From positions 1 through 64,000 of IMG/VR virus record IMGVR_UViG_3300025674_007777: a stretch of DNA of 64,000 bases; one strand, written 5' to 3'. The notes under the pieces are model-generated. The model ran no database searches. It saw nothing but the letters and a program-made list of their open reading frames with translations, and was not told the DNA's origin. Both the position numbers and the translations under genes were made by a program. This document shows positions 8,362-17,954 of the stretch, in pieces. The DNA is from a virus. Every line of letters begins with the position of its first letter. The stretch's first letter is position 1.

Positions 8362-8714
8362 TATTTCAACATGTTTTTTATGGCATCTGGCCCGGACCAC
8401 ATTCTGCATGACCAATATCTTGCTGATGTTTTATCCTTTGCAGTATCGCATTTATGTCTTGCTCTGAATGATTTCCTGCGATCCGGGTCTTTAGTTTTGA
8501 TACTAAGACCGGTACTATCTCCGAATTGAATCTTTCTGATATTACCGGTCTTAGGATCTTTTACATACACATAGAATTTTTTGTCTCCGCCTCTCTTCAC
8601 TTTGTTAAGTTTCACAGTTCTACCTTTGTATTCAGCTTCCTGAAATATGATAGGTTTATTATGTTCAACTATTTCCAAGCCGAGCGATTCTGATATGTAT
8701 ATTGATTTGTTCAT
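8361..8714 (-). CDS. Conserved T4-like phage basic protein
   Basis: EAEYKGRTVKLNK...KKFYVYVKDPKTGN...FGD...RRKSFRARHKC...ARYWSC; start MNKSIY at 8714. Confidence 0.7.
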   Translation of the reverse strand: MNKSIYISESLGLEIVEHNKPIIFQEAEYKGRTVKLNKVKRGGDKKFYVYVKDPKTGNIRKIQFGDSTGLSIKTKDPDRRKSFRARHKCDTAKDKTSARYWSCRMWSGPDAIKNMLK

Positions 8715-8715
8715 A

Positions 8716-8880
8716 TTAACTACCCAGCACACCCCAAAGTTTTGTAGCAGCAACTCCAATTGCAATACCTCCGATTAGTGGTAAACCTTTGAAAAATACA
8801 ACTGCTCCGGCTAGACCTGCTACTCCGATTACAAAATATGGTGATGTTAACACTGATTTGATTTTTCCTAACTTGCTCAT
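8716..8880 (-). CDS. 54-aa glycine-rich two-TM membrane protein (missing from the ORF track)
   Basis: MSKLGKIKSVLTSPYFVIGVAGLAGAVVFFKGLPLIGGIAIGVAATKLWGVLGS; fills the gap exactly. Confidence 0.65.
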   Translation of the reverse strand: MSKLGKIKSVLTSPYFVIGVAGLAGAVVFFKGLPLIGGIAIGVAATKLWGVLGS

Positions 8881-8895
8881 TTTTAACTCCTTTTT

Positions 8896-9570
8896 TTAAT
8901 ATGACAATTTAGTTAGTGCATGCTGGTAGCGTTTATTCGCCATTGACCAACATACCAATTTGAAAAAGGCATCCACATATTTGGGACGCTCATTCTTGAA
9001 CTTCAGATAATAGGAATGTTCCCATAGATCCAAAGCCATTATGATTTCACCCGATTCTGGAATGTAATCCATTAATGGGTTGTCTTGATTATCTGTTGTA
9101 GTGATTCTGAACATGGACTTGTCATAAATTAACCAAGCCCATCCAGAACCAAAATGTGAATTAGCAATTTCCTTGAACGTTTCAATGAACTTCTCCATGG
9201 AACCATACTGCTCAATCAGTTTTGTTTCCAATTCTGAATCAGCCAATTTACCTTTCTCATCTGGATTGAGACCTTCAAAGAACAAAGTATGATTATAAAA
9301 TCCTCCTGCATTGTTCTGAAGTTTTGGAGAGTACATAGATGCTCTGCTCAATACTCCTTTGATGCCTTGCATATCATCACCCATGACAACTGTAATGTTT
9401 TCCTCTGCAACGGCTTCATTGAGTTTATCTGTATATCCTTTATAATGCTTGTTGTAATGAAGTTTCATAGTTTCTTCATCAAAAGGAGCATATTCGCCGG
9501 GTTTATGTGATAACTTCACACGCTCAAACTTTGGCGTTTCCTGTTCAAATAATAGTGACTTAAGCTTCAT
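8896..9570 (-). CDS. sod: Fe/Mn superoxide dismutase (Mn-type signature)
   Basis: HYNKH, GGFYNH, FGSGWAW, NQDNP, DLWEHSYY; all four metal ligands present; start MKLKSLLFEQ. Confidence 0.93.
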   Translation of the reverse strand: MKLKSLLFEQETPKFERVKLSHKPGEYAPFDEETMKLHYNKHYKGYTDKLNEAVAEENITVVMGDDMQGIKGVLSRASMYSPKLQNNAGGFYNHTLFFEGLNPDEKGKLADSELETKLIEQYGSMEKFIETFKEIANSHFGSGWAWLIYDKSMFRITTTDNQDNPLMDYIPESGEIIMALDLWEHSYYLKFKNERPKYVDAFFKLVCWSMANKRYQHALTKLSY

Positions 9571-10090
9571 CATCTGCAGCTGCCTTCTTTTCATCTGTTA
9601 TTGGTCCACCGCTTACCCATGATTGACATGTTCTGGCAGCGGCGCATTTGAATTTCAGAAACTGACAATATCCCAATTCTCCAGCCTCCACAATTGTTTC
9701 TGGATCAGTTTCGTCACCAATTCCTTTTTCAATGCAATCCTTCATTGTGCTAGTAACATCAAATGCTGCACAATTACCACATCGTTGCTTTATAATGGCA
9801 TCAATGGAATCTGCATTATATATCTCTACTAATTTGGCCCAATAAGAACTATTAGGCGACTCTTGTAGTCCTTCAGTAGATATGATATCATCATCCGTTA
9901 ACTTGGCAAAGTCAATATCTTCTATATCTCTTGCAAGATCCGGTCTAGGGTCTGCAGGGCCATATAGATAATCTTTGAATGCCTTGTTGCGATTCTTCAG
10001 ATTGATATCTATATCCTGAGTAGCCGGAGGGCATCCAGTTTGCTCAGTAATGATATTTTCATATATTCTGAATAACTTAGTCATCGTCAC
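9560..10090 (-). CDS. Cys-rich conserved phage protein
   Basis: CPPATQD...CGNCAAF...C...LGYC...FKCAAARTC.SW. Confidence 0.65.
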   Translation of the reverse strand: MTMTKLFRIYENIITEQTGCPPATQDIDINLKNRNKAFKDYLYGPADPRPDLARDIEDIDFAKLTDDDIISTEGLQESPNSSYWAKLVEIYNADSIDAIIKQRCGNCAAFDVTSTMKDCIEKGIGDETDPETIVEAGELGYCQFLKFKCAAARTCQSWVSGGPITDEKKAAADDEA

Positions 10091-10328
10091 CTGTTCCTGT
10101 TAATAGATAATCTCTTGATTTATTCAAATATGAATATGCCATTGTAATTTTTGCCATCCACCAACTTGGCAGATCATCCTCATCATCCATTTGCTGTAAA
10201 GCTTGTAGAATTTGATGTGCATCTTCCATAGCCAATATCATTTTACGCTTAGCATATGCCACATCTGTATGGCCATCTTCGGTCAGAAGCCTGATAGCCT
10301 CTTCTTTTAATAATTTCTTGTTAATCAT
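10077..10328 (-). CDS. Conserved small phage protein
   Basis: LLTE|DGHTDV...DLPSWWMAKIT.A..YL...DYL. Confidence 0.65.
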   Translation of the reverse strand: MINKKLLKEEAIRLLTEDGHTDVAYAKRKMILAMEDAHQILQALQQMDDEDDLPSWWMAKITMAYSYLNKSRDYLLTGTGDDD

Positions 10329-11337
10329 CGTACTGAACTCCAGTTAATTGATCTCCGGTTTTGGTCAACACATCGCCGGCTTTGTAAGTAGGTCCATTGT
10401 TAGTGACTCTGTATGTCACCAATCTGCCAATCATATCTGGAAGGTCAATAATCTTACTCACGACGCCCATTGATCCATAATGTGGGCATGATTTATTTTT
10501 GTTCTTCACAATGTCACCAATGCCGTAAGTGTAATGAGCGCCTTCGGTAATTGGTTCTGAAGCTAATTGCGATTTCTCTGCACTCACTGATTTCATCTTT
10601 TCCTGTGCTGCTTTCTGAGCATCTTTTGCCTGCTTCTGCTCATCTTTTGCTATTGCAATCTCATCCTTAGCAACTGCAATTTCATCTTTAATTGTTTTTA
10701 TTTTATCTTTGACGTATTTTTGCATTTCTTTAGCACTCTTAACCTCTTCTTTGGAAATCTTTTGTTGCTCTTTAGCAGCCTTGATCTGATCTTTCACTAT
10801 ATTGGTTTCATCTTTCAAAGCTTTCTGTTTATCCTTTGCGCCTTTGGCATTATCCTTTGCTACTTTGGCCAATTCTTTGGCAGCTTTGAGTTCATCCTTT
10901 GCTACATCTTCTTTAGCATCCAATGCAGCTAACTGAGCTTTTTGTTCTGCGGCTGTGATCTCACTGACCATATCCCTCATAGTCGGGAACAAGCCTTCTT
11001 CAGTTACTTCTTCTTCACCTTCTTCCTCAGCAGCTGGCTCTTCTTTGGCAGGCTCTTCTTTTTTAGCAGTATCATCGCTTCCAAATTCTTTAGCCATGGC
11101 ATCATTGAATGCATCCAATGTGATGTTGTTACCATTCACTAGCAGATGATCAATTCGGCGATAATCAAATTCATGCATACGACCGTCTTCATCCATTCCG
11201 AAACCATATATAGGATCTTCTAGATCATCTGCTGATGTGATAGTATAATAAACTCCATCAACATAAACTTTGATGGGAATACCAGTAAGTACGAACTGGC
11301 CTAATATTACATTGTTAAATGTGTTCAACGGTTTCAT
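10321..11337 (-). CDS. Coiled-coil protein (scaffold/internal-head-like)
   Basis: Long K/A/E/D heptad repeats (AKD/AKE), acidic linker, VTE/ITE sites. Confidence 0.6.
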   Translation of the reverse strand: MKPLNTFNNVILGQFVLTGIPIKVYVDGVYYTITSADDLEDPIYGFGMDEDGRMHEFDYRRIDHLLVNGNNITLDAFNDAMAKEFGSDDTAKKEEPAKEEPAAEEEGEEEVTEEGLFPTMRDMVSEITAAEQKAQLAALDAKEDVAKDELKAAKELAKVAKDNAKGAKDKQKALKDETNIVKDQIKAAKEQQKISKEEVKSAKEMQKYVKDKIKTIKDEIAVAKDEIAIAKDEQKQAKDAQKAAQEKMKSVSAEKSQLASEPITEGAHYTYGIGDIVKNKNKSCPHYGSMGVVSKIIDLPDMIGRLVTYRVTNNGPTYKAGDVLTKTGDQLTGVQYDD

Positions 11338-11353
11338 AGAATAAACAGTTTAA

Positions 11354-11362
11354 TATAAATAT
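11354..11362 (-). promoter_or_regulatory. Putative late-promoter motif ATATTTATA
   Basis: Intergenic, upstream of 11337. Confidence 0.5.
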
Positions 11363-11372
11363 ACTACTATAG

Positions 11373-11717
11373 CTACTTCCAAAATATTTGTATCAGTACA
11401 ATTGCTATAGATAACAGAATACTGATAAAACTTTTCATGTTAATGCCTTCGCCCATTATGCAATAGATCAAAGTTGCAAAAACTAAACTACCCATGCCAA
11501 AACCGAGCAGCCGGCCGGGCCAGAACAGTCCATCAAAATGTGCTACCAGGAACGAAGTAGATTTGATCACACATAATGAAATTGGTATCGCAAATATCAA
11601 CGCAATAGCTATTGTATTGTTTTTGGCCCACGTGTTAAAAAATTGCAGATTTGCCTGAAACCAGATCATTATATGAGCTAATAATGATAAGCCCATTCCT
11701 AATAACAAATTTTTCAT
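11373..11717 (-). CDS. Four-TM membrane protein (DMT/SMR-like size)
   Basis: Start MKNLLLG at 11717; four hydrophobic helices, ..GE.I..K.F.SI.L pattern. Confidence 0.6.
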   Translation of the reverse strand: MKNLLLGMGLSLLAHIMIWFQANLQFFNTWAKNNTIAIALIFAIPISLCVIKSTSFLVAHFDGLFWPGRLLGFGMGSLVFATLIYCIMGEGINMKSFISILLSIAIVLIQIFWK

Positions 11718-11724
11718 ATATAAC

Positions 11725-12657
11725 TTATTTTTTACGATTTGCACGCATGAAGTTGATAACCATGTTCGCCTGTGCCTTGTCATGCGCTGTGGCACCTTTT
11801 CTGTTCTTGAATTTCTGTAATTTTGATATGGTGATCTTACCTCCATACCCAGCTCTGGTCATCTTTCTTTTGAGAGTACCTTTACCACCCTTCTTCGTAG
11901 TTCGAGTACTATCCTCTTGGATACCCTCTGACTTTGCTTTATTGATTTCGATAGCCGCTAATTGTTTTAAAGCAGCTTTTTTGGTCTTATGAGTACCTAA
12001 TCGTTTACCACCTTTCTTAGGATATACCACCCAATCATTGTCAACCTTCCTGATGGTCTCTGTTCTTCTCTTCTTCTTGGTAGGTTTATATCCAGAACCA
12101 TATGGTGCTGCTTTGCCATCATGATCAGGCGCTACATTTTCTGCCAACTGAGTTACAATCTTCACTCCTGGATATCTGTTGCGAAGTAGTTCTACAGCTC
12201 TGAGATTCTTTTTGGAATCATCCATGAAGAATATGTCATCATATCCTTTCTGAATATGTTTTTCTATCCATCTGGATTTCAATCTCGGATCAGCGCCTGC
12301 AACACCTACTACGTATGGTTCAATGCCTATTTGATGTTTAAAGAAGTGTCGTAATGGAAATACCAATGCTCGAGCAGTTAACACAGTGACTTTGTTCTGA
12401 GGATTTGACATTGCCTTTTTCAGAAGATTGATGTTCTGTTTAATTGCTCTAGGATTTCTGAGCATTTTATTGAAATCTCGAAAATCAAATTCATCGCCTG
12501 GCTCTTCTTTGTATACTGCATACTCGCCTGGATCTAATTCAATCTCAGTACCGTCCGCCTTTGTAAGATAGATCAGTGCATCTGATTTTGCTAATGTGTC
12601 ATCAAAATCAAAAACCCGCAACTTTCTGCCTTCAAGCAATGTACGTAATTTCAACAT
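11725..12657 (-). CDS. HAD-superfamily phosphatase domain plus basic C-terminal modules
   Basis: VFDFDDTL, LTAR, K, FMDDS HAD motifs I-IV. Confidence 0.8.
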   Translation of the reverse strand: MLKLRTLLEGRKLRVFDFDDTLAKSDALIYLTKADGTEIELDPGEYAVYKEEPGDEFDFRDFNKMLRNPRAIKQNINLLKKAMSNPQNKVTVLTARALVFPLRHFFKHQIGIEPYVVGVAGADPRLKSRWIEKHIQKGYDDIFFMDDSKKNLRAVELLRNRYPGVKIVTQLAENVAPDHDGKAAPYGSGYKPTKKKRRTETIRKVDNDWVVYPKKGGKRLGTHKTKKAALKQLAAIEINKAKSEGIQEDSTRTTKKGGKGTLKRKMTRAGYGGKITISKLQKFKNRKGATAHDKAQANMVINFMRANRKK

Positions 12658-12950
12658 CAGCTTTTCAGTTCTGTTACAAGATTATCAATCAGTGTACCAT
12701 CAATGCTATTATACGTCACATTGTAAGAACATCCATCAGCACTGCTAATGTATTGTGATCTAACACCTTTGAATATTCTTATGACATGATAATCACCTTC
12801 TGCTACGCCATCAGGTCTCAGACTTTTAACATTATCAATCAATGGCTGTAAAGAAGTCAGATCTGAATTATTTTTTGTTAGATGTTGATCTCCGTTAGCC
12901 AATTGGGCATAACCCTTTGCAAATATGTACAAACTATTGAAATTACTCAT
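12657..12950 (-). CDS. Hypothetical protein (possible fibre-associated chaperone)
   Basis: Translationally coupled downstream of the fibre gene. Confidence 0.5.
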   Translation of the reverse strand: MSNFNSLYIFAKGYAQLANGDQHLTKNNSDLTSLQPLIDNVKSLRPDGVAEGDYHVIRIFKGVRSQYISSADGCSYNVTYNSIDGTLIDNLVTELKS

Positions 12951-15900
12951 ACTACTATTTTTAATTCATCAAATGCTGAACCAGTTCTGTAAACTGCCCC
13001 TACCGGTAATCCTGCAGCCGATGTTGGTAAATTTGTTAATGATAAATTGGCAGCATAAACTGTGTCAGATCTATCTGCTTTGATATTATGACCAGCTACG
13101 ATGGTGGAACCTGATACATCTGGCATTATTATGTTGTTAGCTCCATTTACAATGGTGTTATATAATCCTGACACATCGGATGTGATGCCTGAACCTGAAA
13201 TTAAATTATTAGTTCCATTTACAATTGTATTATATTTGTACAAGGTTTGTGTCGTAGCCCCGCCGGTCTGGATTCTATTTGATTCGCCATTAATAATTGT
13301 ACTGAATTTTCCACATTGATCCTTCGCTGCATCGGTTGTAGGTGCGGAACCAGTTATCTGATTGGAATTTCCATTCAGAATGGACAAATATGATTCATTT
13401 GTTTGACTAGTCGGTTGAACGCTATCATCAATGATGTTACCATTACCAGTTAATATAACACTGTTACCAACTCTACCATTCAATGTATTATTATTACCTC
13501 CCACAATGATTTGGCCTCTAGCAATTGCAGGGCCTAATGTATTATTTGCTCCGGCAAAGATACCTCCTGGATTTTGTGAGCTATTTTCAGTACCACTAAT
13601 GGTATTATCGCGACCTCCAATTCGGTACAAATTGGTTTCAGTTGATATAGTATTACCTCGTCCTGTGACAAAGGAACCAGGTGCCATACTACTATTACTT
13701 AAACCATGCACAAATGACTGATTATTCAAAACATATGTCAAAGTATTACCACTACCAAGTGCCACATTCTGACTACCCGCATCTATCACATTGCCATTAC
13801 CTGCAATGAGATTATCATTGCTACCACTGATACTGTTATTTCGGCCGCCAATGATCGCATTAGCATTGCCTGACTCAATAATACTACCAGAACCGCCTGC
13901 TATAAATGAATTAGAGCCAAATGCCTGATTACCTTGACCTCCGCCGACTGTATTAAATGAACCGCTTGATAAATTACTTCCTAATTTTGGCCGAATATCA
14001 CCAATGCCAGATCCTGATGTATATGGGGAAAGATCTGCGTATGAACCAGTATAATAAACTCTGCCAGTCGCAAGATCTTGTACCAAGACACGGTAAGACT
14101 GTCCCGAATTTTCAGAAGCCGATACGAACAACAATCCAGATGCACTGACATTTCCAGCCACAGTTAGTAATTCTGACGGAGCACCGGTGCCAATACCTAC
14201 ATTACCTGATGATGACACAAACATTATGTTGTCATTACCAGTAGCATCAAATCGGACAATTGATGTCGGAGCATTGGAACCTGTTAACAAATTGATATGT
14301 AATTTTGATGCAATGCTAGCAGTTGCTACACCTAAACCAATTCTACCTTGACCATCAACGTCATTGTCATAATGAGTAGGATCGAATGCAAATATTGCTC
14401 TAGGCGTATCATCGGCTTGGATAGCAAGTATATCAACTTGTGTCGCATTTTCGCGAATTTTAAATGTACCATTATTGTTTTCTTCAAGCATAAACAGTGA
14501 ATTACCTGTTATGTTGATTGTATCTGTTTGACTATCTCCTATGGCGGCCAGGTTTGACACTGACAAGTTAGCAAATGAAGCTGACAATCCAATGATGTCC
14601 CCACTTGCACTGATGTTGTTAGAAGCGGTAAGATTACCAGTCAATGTCAATGCATTGCTTGTCTTATTGAATGTGAATGCTGATGATCCACCGAATATAC
14701 CACCATCATTGAACTGTACTTGTGTATCCGAGCCTCCTGGATTAGTAATTGTCGCAGATACGGTATTGGCTCCGCCCGTTGTTCTGTCTGGGCTGAAGTA
14801 CATTGTGTTAGCGCCGAGATAATATCCAACAGGTATTGAGAAATGCGCAGGATTGCTTGGTGGTACTGCTGATGCAGATCCGTTATCTCCTAGATATAAC
14901 AACTGTCCGACACGGTCGCCAGGTGCATATGGTAAATTCACAATGCCATTTAACAGATATTCTCCAGTGCCTTGATCTCCGCCTGTCAGTGCAATTGCCA
15001 GAGATGATGATGCACATGCGCCGGAACCTGAGCTGGCAACTCCCCATTGACTTCCTGTGAGTGCGACTATGGCACCTTTTGGGCTGGTGTTAGGGCCGCT
15101 ACTATATGAACCTACGCCGACAATGGCATCACCTCTGTAATCCAATGTCTCTGTGTTCAATGCAGTAGCCGCTCGCAGTGATGATGTGACAAACACATTG
15201 GCAACGCCATCCTTAGCATATAAGAAACTAGTTGATATGTTCCTCAATGTAGGACCAGGCTCCAATGTTTGAGAGCCACTCTTCGCGCCGAACATTTCTG
15301 TATTACCTTTGGCAAGTATACGAACTACATTACCTCCATCAGCTTGCAACGCAATCTGATCACCGGTTGTGGTGATGTTCAATCTACCACTTGCAGATAT
15401 CTCAGAGGCAATGTCTGATCTGAATATCAATCGACCATCCATATGAATGTTACCGCCATAATCTATGACCAGATTTTCTGATGTCAGATCAGTGACATCT
15501 TTATTGATAACGAAGGCAGGGTTGGTATCATCTACCTGTGCCAAAGTGCTCAGTGCAAATGGTCTTGTATATTGCTGTTGATTTGAAAATGCTGATGCGG
15601 AAAAATAACCAGCAAATGAGGATGTTTGTGTTGTACTAGAAGCACCGCCCCTATATACAGACAATACACCATAACCAACATTGAGATGCTCACCAACAAA
15701 GAATTCTAATTCGCCCTGAGCATTTGTAAATATACCTGATGGTTCATAGGTCACATAAAAGTTATTTTGGTTGGCTCCACCTAAGTTAGATAGATCTCGT
15801 TTACCAAATGTCATGGAAAGTTCACCTTCGGATGCACTAGAACCTGATGTGTATTTTAACCCAAATATTTGGTTAGATATGGGTTGACCTGCTGCTGTAG

Positions 15901-16507
15901 CAATACCTTGTCCAAAATATGATTCTAATCCCCCTCTACCTGTATCGGGTGATGTTTGAACTATAAATGAGCCTGAATTAGCGGCTCCTGTTAGGAACTC
16001 AAATGAAGCAGATTCATTCATTTCCATGGACAGAGCAGATGCTTCGGATGCCAACAATATTGTGGAACCAGTCATCTCCAAAGTGTCAGTGGTCTTATCA
16101 AAAGTCAGAACTGATGATCCTGATAAATTTCCGTTATCATTAAACTGTACCGATCGGTTAGGTCCTTTAGCACTCATATCACCGGTAACTACAAAACTAC
16201 CAGTCAAGTTCAGAGTACTTTCAGCATCAACAAATGTGAAATTGCTAGATCCAGATATTACACCATTATTATGTATCTGTACTGAATTAGCTGGGCCGCC
16301 TGGATTATTTGATATTGAAAATACGTCAGCCGATGATGTGATGTACAATTTACCAGATCCGGTATCATATGTTACCAGATTATAAGTAGGATCACCATAT
16401 GAGGCACTGAATAGCAATTCTCTAGTACCACTAACAGCATTATGTACAGTGAATGTGTCGGAACCGGTGACAATCAGTCTTCCAGTAGTATAAATTATTT
16501 TAGCCAT
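12947..16507 (-). CDS. Long tail/capsid fibre-like protein
   Basis: G/S/T/N-rich; three G-x3-(S/Q)VQ-x-N-x2-G-x3-GSS-x2-TF repeats; GNVGIGT motif; C-terminal beta-solenoid-like GG-x-NN repeats. Confidence 0.75.
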   Translation of the reverse strand: MAKIIYTTGRLIVTGSDTFTVHNAVSGTRELLFSASYGDPTYNLVTYDTGSGKLYITSSADVFSISNNPGGPANSVQIHNNGVISGSSNFTFVDAESTLNLTGSFVVTGDMSAKGPNRSVQFNDNGNLSGSSVLTFDKTTDTLEMTGSTILLASEASALSMEMNESASFEFLTGAANSGSFIVQTSPDTGRGGLESYFGQGIATAAGQPISNQIFGLKYTSGSSASEGELSMTFGKRDLSNLGGANQNNFYVTYEPSGIFTNAQGELEFFVGEHLNVGYGVLSVYRGGASSTTQTSSFAGYFSASAFSNQQQYTRPFALSTLAQVDDTNPAFVINKDVTDLTSENLVIDYGGNIHMDGRLIFRSDIASEISASGRLNITTTGDQIALQADGGNVVRILAKGNTEMFGAKSGSQTLEPGPTLRNISTSFLYAKDGVANVFVTSSLRAATALNTETLDYRGDAIVGVGSYSSGPNTSPKGAIVALTGSQWGVASSGSGACASSSLAIALTGGDQGTGEYLLNGIVNLPYAPGDRVGQLLYLGDNGSASAVPPSNPAHFSIPVGYYLGANTMYFSPDRTTGGANTVSATITNPGGSDTQVQFNDGGIFGGSSAFTFNKTSNALTLTGNLTASNNISASGDIIGLSASFANLSVSNLAAIGDSQTDTINITGNSLFMLEENNNGTFKIRENATQVDILAIQADDTPRAIFAFDPTHYDNDVDGQGRIGLGVATASIASKLHINLLTGSNAPTSIVRFDATGNDNIMFVSSSGNVGIGTGAPSELLTVAGNVSASGLLFVSASENSGQSYRVLVQDLATGRVYYTGSYADLSPYTSGSGIGDIRPKLGSNLSSGSFNTVGGGQGNQAFGSNSFIAGGSGSIIESGNANAIIGGRNNSISGSNDNLIAGNGNVIDAGSQNVALGSGNTLTYVLNNQSFVHGLSNSSMAPGSFVTGRGNTISTETNLYRIGGRDNTISGTENSSQNPGGIFAGANNTLGPAIARGQIIVGGNNNTLNGRVGNSVILTGNGNIIDDSVQPTSQTNESYLSILNGNSNQITGSAPTTDAAKDQCGKFSTIINGESNRIQTGGATTQTLYKYNTIVNGTNNLISGSGITSDVSGLYNTIVNGANNIIMPDVSGSTIVAGHNIKADRSDTVYAANLSLTNLPTSAAGLPVGAVYRTGSAFDELKIVV

Positions 16508-16522
16508 GGAATATGCTTTTCA

Positions 16523-16531
16523 TATAAATAT
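16523..16531 (-). promoter_or_regulatory. Putative late-promoter motif ATATTTATA
   Basis: 15 nt upstream of the fibre ATG. Confidence 0.55.
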
Positions 16532-16533
16532 GA

Positions 16534-16779
16534 TCAATTCTCTCTTATCTGTAATGTTTTGATCTCTGTTAAGAATGTCTCAACATCAATTTGCTTTCCT
16601 TGTTCAGTGAATATTCTGGCCTGGCTGATTAGTTCAGATTCGGTTTCAATCATTTTCCTCATTGTCCTGAAACCTTCGGAGGCCCAGAATACTCCAAAGC
16701 CATTATTTTCTCCTAATTTACGATCCTCATATATGGTATCAGATTCTTTGTCTCCTGGATAAAGTATGTAGTATGTCAT
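16534..16779 (-). CDS. Hypothetical protein
   Basis: ORF coupled to the upstream GT. Confidence 0.6.
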   Translation of the reverse strand: MTYYILYPGDKESDTIYEDRKLGENNGFGVFWASEGFRTMRKMIETESELISQARIFTEQGKQIDVETFLTEIKTLQIREN

Positions 16780-17954
16780 CGTTTACAATTTATTAATTCA
16801 TGCTCATATGTAACCATTGCATTTATTTCAATATGAAGATTGCCTAATTCAAACTCTCCTATCTCTCCATTATCTGCTATGATGGATGATATCTCCTGAA
16901 TGTAGTACATGTCTTCATTTGTGAATGTATTACCATCAATATAAATAGTGATGTCATTTGTTATGTCATCTTCAATGCCGTACATTTTATTTAGTATATT
17001 GAAATCAGTGTTAGGCTGTTCCATATGAACATATGACTGAAAATTTATATCCGTATACATGCTCGTACACCATGGTTCCAGAACTTCTAACAATTGTCCC
17101 GTAGTATTTTTGATATGAATACCGATATCATACTTAGGAGGGACTATTGGCTTCATTAGAGCATCATGCTTCACAAAATGACCCCACTTTCTTATGAAAT
17201 TTCTAGTAGATCTCATATTCTGCGCTAACCACTCGGGAGAATCCTGATAAATGCTTGTAGCTTTATCAACTGTATTGCGTCTGCTGCCCCTGCATGTCAT
17301 ATGATATACGCACCCATGCCATGTCTGAACAAATTTGATACCATTCAGTTGAAATCTATTGAAAATATCAGAATCTTCCTTACTCTGCGGAGCATATAAT
17401 GGATCATGACCGCCTATTTCTTGAAAGTCTTTTCTATAAAATGCCCAAGGAGCAAAGATACCTTCTGTTGTATCATTTGTCGGTATCCTCTGGCTAATGA
17501 ATTCAAGCAATTCATCTTCTTTGAACTCTTCTGGCTCAACTCCGTAATCTTTTAAAATCTTTTCAGGTCCATCAGGATGTAATGGCGGTTCAATTCTTGT
17601 CAATGAAACAATGATACCTGGCTCAATTTCATTTTCTATAGCATCTAATGCTCCAGGGCATAAATACATATCAGCATGGTATATCATTGCAATATCATGT
17701 ATGGCAACTTCATTAATCAAACGATCATATAGAATGGTATGACCTAATCTTTCGCCTGTATCATTTCTTATAGCACTGAAATGTTCATCTGCGGTCATGC
17801 GTTCTTGACACCATTCCCAAGTTCCATCAGTTGATGCATCATCAGCTACGCAGATCTGTACCGTATGATCGCCTTGATTCTTTCTGATGGCGTCATATGA
17901 CCATTTGAGATATTTCAAATTATTTCTCGATGGTTGAATTAAACTTATTTTCAT
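16776..17954 (-). CDS. GT2 family glycosyltransferase
   Basis: ISLIQPSRN, DDASTDGT, HADM, GGHD...EDSD. Confidence 0.88.
   Translation of the reverse strand: MKISLIQPSRNNLKYLKWSYDAIRKNQGDHTVQICVADDASTDGTWEWCQERMTADEHFSAIRNDTGERLGHTILYDRLINEVAIHDIAMIYHADMYLCPGALDAIENEIEPGIIVSLTRIEPPLHPDGPEKILKDYGVEPEEFKEDELLEFISQRIPTNDTTEGIFAPWAFYRKDFQEIGGHDPLYAPQSKEDSDIFNRFQLNGIKFVQTWHGCVYHMTCRGSRRNTVDKATSIYQDSPEWLAQNMRSTRNFIRKWGHFVKHDALMKPIVPPKYDIGIHIKNTTGQLLEVLEPWCTSMYTDINFQSYVHMEQPNTDFNILNKMYGIEDDITNDITIYIDGNTFTNEDMYYIQEISSIIADNGEIGEFELGNLHIEINAMVTYEHELINCKR

Noticed and set aside
10570-10940. Quasi-periodic DNA repeats
   Set aside because: Explained by coiled-coil heptads (AKD/AKE) in the 338-aa protein
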